A stretch of DNA of 64,000 nucleotides. It comes from an uncultured delta proteobacterium. Its GTDB lineage: Bacteria > Desulfobacterota > RBG-13-43-22. Below are positions 57,848 to 64,000 of the stretch, in pieces. A program made the position numbers and the translations under genes. Numbering within the stretch: the stretch's first letter is position 1; each line of letters opens with the position of its first letter. Below the pieces are notes generated by a model. It searched no databases and was not told the origin of the DNA. It saw only the letters and a list, made by a program, of their open reading frames with translations. The stretch lies in NCBI GenBank assembly GCA_963743305.1, contig CAVUPH010000030.1:1-64000 (forward strand). The letters are read 5' to 3'.

Positions 57848-60800
57848 ATGAGAATAAAAATAAGTCTGATGTTGTTTTTGGTTTTTACGGGTTTGAATTT
57901 TCTGGGGGCTTCTCCCGGTTCCTGCCTGGACATCATCGCCCAGGATGCCGGATTCGATCACACGGTAGCCTTGCGCAAGGATGGGACCGTTTGGACCTGG
58001 GGTTTAAATGGGTCAGGACAACTTGGCGACGGGTCCTGGACCAACAAAAACGTTCCGACCCGAGTGGCCGTGTTGACGGATATTATCCGGATTGCCGCCG
58101 GTTATTATCATAGCCTGGCCATAAAAAAGGACGGGACCCTCTGGGCCTGGGGCGCGAATGGAAACGGTCAACTGGGTGACGGCACCATAGATAACCGATC
58201 CACACCGATACAGGTGAAAGACCCTTCCGATCCTTCAACCTTTCTCACCAATGTCATCGCCGTGGCGGCGGGAGAGAGACATTCCCTGGTGCTCAAAGCC
58301 GATGGAACGGTCTGGTCCTGGGGTTACAACGGGAACGGCCGCCTTGGCGACGGGTCCTATACCGATAGCCGAATTCCTGTCAAAGTCAAGGACCCGACCG
58401 ATGCCTCGGGTTTTCTAACGGGGGTGAAGGCCATCGCAGCAGGCGCCGCGCATTCCATCGCTCTGAAAACCACCCAGACGGTTTGGACTTGGGGCAACCG
58501 GGATTATATGCAGATCGGACGAGACTTCCTGAACACGAATCCTCCCCAGAATGTGAGCGGCCAGGTGGCAGGTTTAACGAATATTATCGCCATCGCGGGA
58601 GGATGGGAACATACGGTGGTCCTCAAGGAGGGCGGTACGGTCTGGGCCGCCGGCCGCAACTTGGAGGGCCAGCTTGGAGATGGTACGACGATAGGATCCA
58701 CCCTGTCGTCTCCTATCAAGTTGTTTGTTCAAGTCATCGATTCCGCCGATCCCACCGGATACCTAACCGGGATCGTGGCCATCGATGCGGATGACCGGCA
58801 TACGGTGGCGGTGAAACAGAACGGGACGGTGTACGGATGGGGATGGAATTATGGGGGTAAGCTATGCGACAGTATTACTGACAACAAAATCACCCCCATA
58901 AAAATGAAAGATCCTTCCGACCCGACGACCTTCCTTTCGGGAGTATATAACGCAACCGCCGGTTCTAATTTCAACTTGATGCTCAAAACGGACGGCACAA
59001 TCTGGGGATGCGGCTATAACTACGCGGGACAACTTGGCACCGGTGCCTCCTCGGGGAACCCCATATCGACCCCGGTTCAAACCGTGATGCCGCCGCTCAA
59101 GTTGGTCTACCTCTGGGGCCTGGATTACATCGTCCCCGGGGAGGAAGCCACTTTTCTAGTGGCTTTTGAAAACCTCACCGCAACGGTCCTGGACCAGGCG
59201 GTGGTGGTCGTAGACTTTCCCAAGCAATTCAGGTACGTGTCCAGTACCGGAGGGGGAATCCATCGGGATGATCAGCCGACCAACCAGGTTTTCTGGAAGT
59301 TAGGCAATCTCCCCGCCGGGGCCAAGGGGCAGGTGACTTTAAAAGCCGAGGTCCCCTGGGGCATGCCGCTGCATAACTTCAACTTGGCCGCAGTGGAGAT
59401 CGGTGCCCGCAACACGACCCCTCGTTTTGACCTGGAGGAATACCTGATTTGGCAACCGAACCTGGTCTCCGAAACAAAAATGACTCCGGCGGAGATTCAA
59501 CAGCAATTAACCCAGGACCCCAACCTGCAGCCGTTGCTCCAGTACGCGACCCAGACCATGGGCCGCTTCATATTTTTAAACGTGGCCAAACGGTTTGAAT
59601 ACCGGGATGGAACCGAGATGACCTGTTTTACCCTGCTGGATACCCAAAGCTTCGGACCAGCCTTTCTTTACAGCAACGGGCGGGCGGCGTTCATCGAAAA
59701 ATTCGACGGATCGAAAATAATCCGTTTTGACTCCCAGGGGGGGTATAGCGAGGACCTGGTGGACGGATCTTTTCGGGTCTGGGGGCGCTGGGCGGAAACC
59801 ACCGGCATTTTGTCCGAATCTCGGGCCTCCGCAACGGCGCCGAGTCTAAACGATGATGTCACCCCCGCTCATAACGTTGCCCTCTGCATGACGAACTGCA
59901 TGGTGAACCGTGGCTTTCGCTCACTATCGAGGCTGAGGGATTTAATTTATGAGGAGGAAATCAACCTTACTAGCGATTGTCAGGTCTGTCTCGTGTCCTT
60001 GGGATATAATGTGTTGTCTGAAGACGCCTGCATTAAATGCATGGGGGCCTGGGATGATTCCAGAGAAAACAATACTGGAATAGCCGGGGAATGCCTTTAC
60101 GATTGCAAGAAAAATCCCCTTCATCATATCTGCACCCAGGACAGCCGGTATTGTGAACAATCTCTCGATGACCTGGATATGGGAGAGGACTACTTTGGGA
60201 TGGTTGCCGCATTAAGACGTTGTGACCCCAAAACCGGAACTTATGAAAACTTCACCTGGAAGCTAAACTGTTCCTATTCACTTCTCGAAGAATGCCGTGG
60301 CGGGGTCTGTATATCAGGCAAGCCGAATTGCCCCGGTCGACAGCCGGAGGCGAATACGCCGCTTCCCCTGAACCTTCCCGGTTTGATTGCTAATGGCAAT
60401 CTCACCGGAACTGCCGGATGTCCCATTGAATTCATGAATACTTTGCTCTTTGAGACCCGGACGGCCCATGACCCGAATATCAAGTCATCCAATGTAAAAG
60501 GAGACGTTTTGCCCGGAGAAAGCGTCACCTACACGGTGGAATACGAAAACCTGGGGGCCGGAACGGCCTACGGGGTGTATATCCTCGACCCGCTGGATAC
60601 CAACCTGGATGAAAGCACCCTGGCGATCAACAACGGCGGATCGTACCAGGCTCCAATCCACTTGCTGACCTGGGATATCGGCACCGTTGTCCCCGGCGGC
60701 AAAGGTTCCGTTTCCTTCAGCGTCAAGGTCAAGGCCGGAGTGGCCGCCGGGACCAGCATCGTCAACCAGGCGCAGGTCTATTTCCCCAGCGCCAATGAAG

Positions 60801-61843
60801 TGACGCCCACCAATGCGGTCATCCATCAGGTGAGAGGCCTGGTAGCCAACCCTCAGATACTAAATGCCATTTCCGGTTCACCCCTGTCCCTTACCTTGAC
60901 CGGAAAAGACTCCGGTTCGAAACCCCTTACCTTTCAGATAACCTCCCCGCCGGGATTTGGAACACTAAGCGGTACACCGCCGGCTTTGATCTATACTTCC
61001 ATGGAAGAATTCATCGGTCAGGACATCTTTACCTTTGCGGTGAATAACGGACTTGAGACCAGCCCCCCGGCACTGGTCAAGGTCAATGTTTCCGTCAACC
61101 CGCAGGATATTAAGCCCCCGAAAGTCACCGACACGTCGCCCAAGACAGGGGCCGCCGGCGTTCACCTGACCGCTATCCCCATCCAGTCCAACCCGGATCG
61201 TTTTGCCCCGCGGATTACGGCCGTTTTCTCAGAGCCCCTGGACGGTTCGACCGTTACCGGCAACACCTTCATCCTTAACGGGGGGCTCACCGGTCAGATC
61301 CTCTATAACGACCTCACCAGGACGGCCTATTATATCCCCACCAAGGCCCTCAACTACTCTACTACCTATACCGCCCGGCTCACGACCGGCATTAAAGACA
61401 AAAAAGGGAACCCCCTGGCCGCGGAGTATTCCTGGCAGTTTACCACCGAGAGCCCGATTAATCTCCAGGTCGCCCTTCCGGATCTGGCGAACGAGATTAA
61501 TTTTGGGGATCAGGCGGTCAACGTCCTTTCCCTGGCCAAAACAGTTTCCCTGGCCAGCACCGGCATGGCCAACTTAAATTTGGGAACCGCGTCTTTGACC
61601 GGAACAAACGGTGCAGATTTTAGAATTCTAGCAGATTCCTGTTCGGGGAAAACCTTAGCGCCTTCCCGGGAATGCGCGATCCAGATGGCCTTCCAGCCCC
61701 TTTCCGCCGGTCAGAGGAGCGGGTCCCTTTCCATCCCTTCCAATGACCCGGACCTGCCTTCGACAAATATACTTTTAAAAGGACAGGGGATCGGTTCAGG
61801 CCCCCCCTGGTTCATTTGGCTGCCGCTCATAATGCGGCCTTAG
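57848..61843 (+). CDS. Large secreted protein: RCC1 beta-propeller, DUF11, Cys-rich region, DUF11-like, Ig-like (Big) domains, ASH/choice-of-anchor D-like domain, WLPLIMR tail
   Basis: About 7 repeats of H.....DGTVWxWG.N..GQLGDG; YTVEYENLG; PPKVTDTSP...AVFSEPLD; GSLSIPSNDPD; ends WFIWLPLIMRP. Start moved downstream of the promoter. Confidence 0.9.
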   Translation: MRIKISLMLFLVFTGLNFLGASPGSCLDIIAQDAGFDHTVALRKDGTVWTWGLNGSGQLGDGSWTNKNVPTRVAVLTDIIRIAAGYYHSLAIKKDGTLWAWGANGNGQLGDGTIDNRSTPIQVKDPSDPSTFLTNVIAVAAGERHSLVLKADGTVWSWGYNGNGRLGDGSYTDSRIPVKVKDPTDASGFLTGVKAIAAGAAHSIALKTTQTVWTWGNRDYMQIGRDFLNTNPPQNVSGQVAGLTNIIAIAGGWEHTVVLKEGGTVWAAGRNLEGQLGDGTTIGSTLSSPIKLFVQVIDSADPTGYLTGIVAIDADDRHTVAVKQNGTVYGWGWNYGGKLCDSITDNKITPIKMKDPSDPTTFLSGVYNATAGSNFNLMLKTDGTIWGCGYNYAGQLGTGASSGNPISTPVQTVMPPLKLVYLWGLDYIVPGEEATFLVAFENLTATVLDQAVVVVDFPKQFRYVSSTGGGIHRDDQPTNQVFWKLGNLPAGAKGQVTLKAEVPWGMPLHNFNLAAVEIGARNTTPRFDLEEYLIWQPNLVSETKMTPAEIQQQLTQDPNLQPLLQYATQTMGRFIFLNVAKRFEYRDGTEMTCFTLLDTQSFGPAFLYSNGRAAFIEKFDGSKIIRFDSQGGYSEDLVDGSFRVWGRWAETTGILSESRASATAPSLNDDVTPAHNVALCMTNCMVNRGFRSLSRLRDLIYEEEINLTSDCQVCLVSLGYNVLSEDACIKCMGAWDDSRENNTGIAGECLYDCKKNPLHHICTQDSRYCEQSLDDLDMGEDYFGMVAALRRCDPKTGTYENFTWKLNCSYSLLEECRGGVCISGKPNCPGRQPEANTPLPLNLPGLIANGNLTGTAGCPIEFMNTLLFETRTAHDPNIKSSNVKGDVLPGESVTYTVEYENLGAGTAYGVYILDPLDTNLDESTLAINNGGSYQAPIHLLTWDIGTVVPGGKGSVSFSVKVKAGVAAGTSIVNQAQVYFPSANEVTPTNAVIHQVRGLVANPQILNAISGSPLSLTLTGKDSGSKPLTFQITSPPGFGTLSGTPPALIYTSMEEFIGQDIFTFAVNNGLETSPPALVKVNVSVNPQDIKPPKVTDTSPKTGAAGVHLTAIPIQSNPDRFAPRITAVFSEPLDGSTVTGNTFILNGGLTGQILYNDLTRTAYYIPTKALNYSTTYTARLTTGIKDKKGNPLAAEYSWQFTTESPINLQVALPDLANEINFGDQAVNVLSLAKTVSLASTGMANLNLGTASLTGTNGADFRILADSCSGKTLAPSRECAIQMAFQPLSAGQRSGSLSIPSNDPDLPSTNILLKGQGIGSGPPWFIWLPLIMRP

Positions 61844-61939
61844 GGAAAACCTGATCGGAGGCCTCTGCCTCTGATCCTGAAAAAACCCTAACGCCGGACG
61901 GTCCGTCTGTTCCGAGGACCGGTCGGGACTTCTGCCTTC

Positions 61940-62079
61940 CCCTCTCTGGCCGAGGCCGAGCGGGACCTGATCCGCCGTGCCCTGGAGCACTTCAAAGGGA
62001 AGAAGAACCAAGCCGCCAAACTGCTGGGCATCAGCCGCAGCCATCTGCGCTACCGGATGAAGCTGCATAATTCGCCCTG
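61940..62079 (+). pseudogene. Diverged copy of the response-regulator 3' end (Fis-type HTH only)
   Basis: PSLAEAERDLIRRALEHFKGKKNQAAKLLGISRSHLRYRMKLH versus PTLAEAERDLIRRTLEHCKGNKSQAARTLDISRSHLRYRMMLH at 57347-57485. Confidence 0.85.
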
Positions 62080-62128
62080 ATTTCCCATGGACCAATCGGT
62101 TCAAATCGGCCAGAAGAAAAGATGAACT

Positions 62129-62173
62129 GGTTGATATCAACCGACTTGAAAATCGGCTCTTCCTTTATCAACA
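62129..62173. promoter_or_regulatory. Second palindromic enhancer candidate
   Basis: Perfect GGTTGATATCAACC at 62129-62142; TATCAAC half-site offset by 31 bp, as in the first copy. Confidence 0.65.
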
Positions 62174-62224
62174 TTTACTATTGGATTTTATTAAGTTTTC
62201 CAACTGCCGCCGCTTCTCTGATTC

Positions 62225-62240
62225 CGGCGCAGAAAATGCA
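62225..62240 (+). promoter_or_regulatory. Sigma54 -24/-12 promoter candidate
   Basis: CGGCGCAGAAAATGCA (GG-N10-GC). Confidence 0.55.
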
Positions 62241-62356
62241 TTACATCGGAAGTGAAGGCGTGTAGCCTATAGCTTGAAGCAACCGTCAGCTTGTTTTCAG
62301 CCATCTTTTTTAGAAGCCAGTTCATAAGAAAACTCATCTGAATGGGAGGAGATTTT

Positions 62357-62896
62357 ATGAATGCTAATCGATCCGCGGCAGGACGTATTCTTCGTTTCGC
62401 GGTACTGGGTATGGTTTTTCATTTATTCGTTTTTACCATGAACGGTGACGCGGGAAAATTACAAAATGGTTCTACCTGGAAAATTTTCCTCCCTCTATTA
62501 AGCACAGAACCCCTTTCTCCTGCTCAGTTGGCTTTTATAGGGCAAATCGGCTATCCACAACAATTTGTTAAAATGTTTTCGCATGAAGGATCAAAAGCGC
62601 GAGTCGATGAAATCTGGGTATATACCCCGCAAAAGATAGCGGAGCATTTCATCAACGGAGTATTTGTCAAAGAATCGACCTTTTCCGGCACCTATGCCGC
62701 CAGCGCTCCCTCTGTTTATAAACCCCAGGACTTTCATCATGGCACAGCGATTCAGGATATCGTTGCCCGATTCGGTCAACCTTCCTCTCAAAAACAAGAA
62801 ACCGTCTGGAACGGCACCCTGAAAACCTATGTGTATCCATCCATTTTTTTTGTCTTTAATAACGATCTGTTAGTCTCTCTAACCGCCCTGCGATAA
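62357..62896 (+). CDS. Secreted hypothetical protein with an IFLPLL motif after the signal peptide
   Basis: GGAG RBS, signal peptide, WKIFLPLLS, C-terminal DIVARFGQPS (SmpA/OmlA-like fold hint). Confidence 0.75.
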   Translation: MNANRSAAGRILRFAVLGMVFHLFVFTMNGDAGKLQNGSTWKIFLPLLSTEPLSPAQLAFIGQIGYPQQFVKMFSHEGSKARVDEIWVYTPQKIAEHFINGVFVKESTFSGTYAASAPSVYKPQDFHHGTAIQDIVARFGQPSSQKQETVWNGTLKTYVYPSIFFVFNNDLLVSLTALR

Positions 62897-62923
62897 GTTT
62901 TCATTTCCGGAGGACATTTCAAC

Positions 62924-64000
62924 ATGAAACCCAACCGAATCTTTTTGGGACAAGAAGGACTGATCGGGGTCGTCGTCGTGGTCACCCTCTCCATAATCGG
63001 CACCCTGGGGCTACTGGTTATGAATGGCCCGGATGCCGTTAATCAATACAATAACTCTTTACACCGTATCCGGACTGAAAGCCCAACGAATGAAGATATG
63101 CAATACGTAGCCGATAATCTCGGTAGCCTTACCGATGCCGCCGGAGGGATTACCTATACCAACGGGTGCGGATGATGTTCTCGCCACACCACTGCTAGTC
63201 ATAATAAATGGCTCGGTGGAAATGGGCAGCAAGCCTATTCCAGACCGCACTCAGGGATTCGGCCAACGTGGCCAGGTGGTTGCATGCGGCATAACGGTCG
63301 ACAAAACACTCGCCAAACCCGGAGATTATGTTACGGCTACGATTGCCATCCCCACACCCTTTCAAAGTAAAATAAGCAGAATCGTCGGGGAAGCCGGTGC
63401 GGAAGGTTTTGGAGTATCTCCCGCCGGCGGAACGAATACTTTTAGTATTCCTTGCTCCAATGAAACAAGTCTTTTCCAGGTCCGTTTTGATGCTTATGAC
63501 CATCAGGGGGGGATTGCCTGCTCAGGATCCGTTTCGGTGAATATTGATTTTTCCACGCTTTTGACCACGCTGATATCTCCCACGGGGACCATCGATTCTC
63601 ACCTGCCAACTTATAAATGGAATGCGATTTGCGGCGCCAAATCGTATTGGTTACAGGTAGATGATACCACCAAAAGGGGTAAGATCTACGAGGGTTATTC
63701 CTCTTCGGAAGCGGGTTGTGCTTCGGGGACCGGCACCTGTTCCGTGACGCCATCGGTCAGCATAGCAGATGGGAATGCGACCTGGTGGGTAGCCGCCTGC
63801 CATGCGGTAGCCTGCGGAGCCTGGAGCAATGCCCTGGGATTCATTGTTGGTGCAGCCCAGGATCCCATCGTGGGACTCTGGAGCACAGGTGACGGGGGAC
63901 AGGCCCTGATGGCGAAAGGCACTAACTATCAATTTGAGGCCAAGGTCACCCAGCAGGGAACCTGGTGGACCGAACGCGGCATCATGGTAGGGAACGTGGT
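62924..64000 (+). CDS. Secreted protein with prepilin-like N-terminus and FN3-like domain; one frameshift near 63146; runs off the window
   Basis: GQEG|LIGVVVVVTL. The shifted frame is open from ~63150 to 64000: ...LISPTGTI...PTYKWNAICGAKSYWLQVDD...GCASGTGTCSVTP...WWVAAC. Confidence 0.7.

Noticed and set aside
59870-60430. Multiheme cytochrome in the Cys-rich segment
   Set aside because: The CxxC motifs are not followed by His.

Overview
Bacterial genomic DNA, GC-rich. The gene content (OadB/G, DUF362 Fe-S protein, sigma54 systems, abundant palindromic repeats) suggests an anaerobic Desulfobacterota-like deltaproteobacterium; this is an inference. Bases 1-~2140 are an indel-riddled Mu-like phage head module (portal, MuF with a PBECR2-like nuclease extension, gpG) that is joined abruptly to the middle of ftsK. 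The rest mixes intact housekeeping genes (ftsK 3' part, lolA, tgt, lysA-like, oadB/G, kup, mutY, two tRNA-Arg genes) with accessory DNA. The accessory DNA includes an 8.7-kb integrase-less island bounded by a 46-bp tRNA-Arg(ACG) direct repeat (HEPN three-gene module, AlbA/Schlafen ATPase, DUF429-like nuclease, RAYT transposase), a divergent ion-transport cluster with two cytidylate-kinase-like/BON proteins, a rearranged mutY/GNAT duplication, and several MITE/REP families. The best candidate for an undescribed system is at 53.6-64 kb. There a PDZ/multi-TM/GAF histidine kinase and a sigma54 activator are followed by tandem cassettes, each made of the activator 3' end, a GGTTGATATCAACC palindrome, a -24/-12 promoter and secreted-protein gene(s). 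The secreted proteins share a hydrophobic (F/W)LPL(I/V/L) motif that may be a protein-sorting signal.
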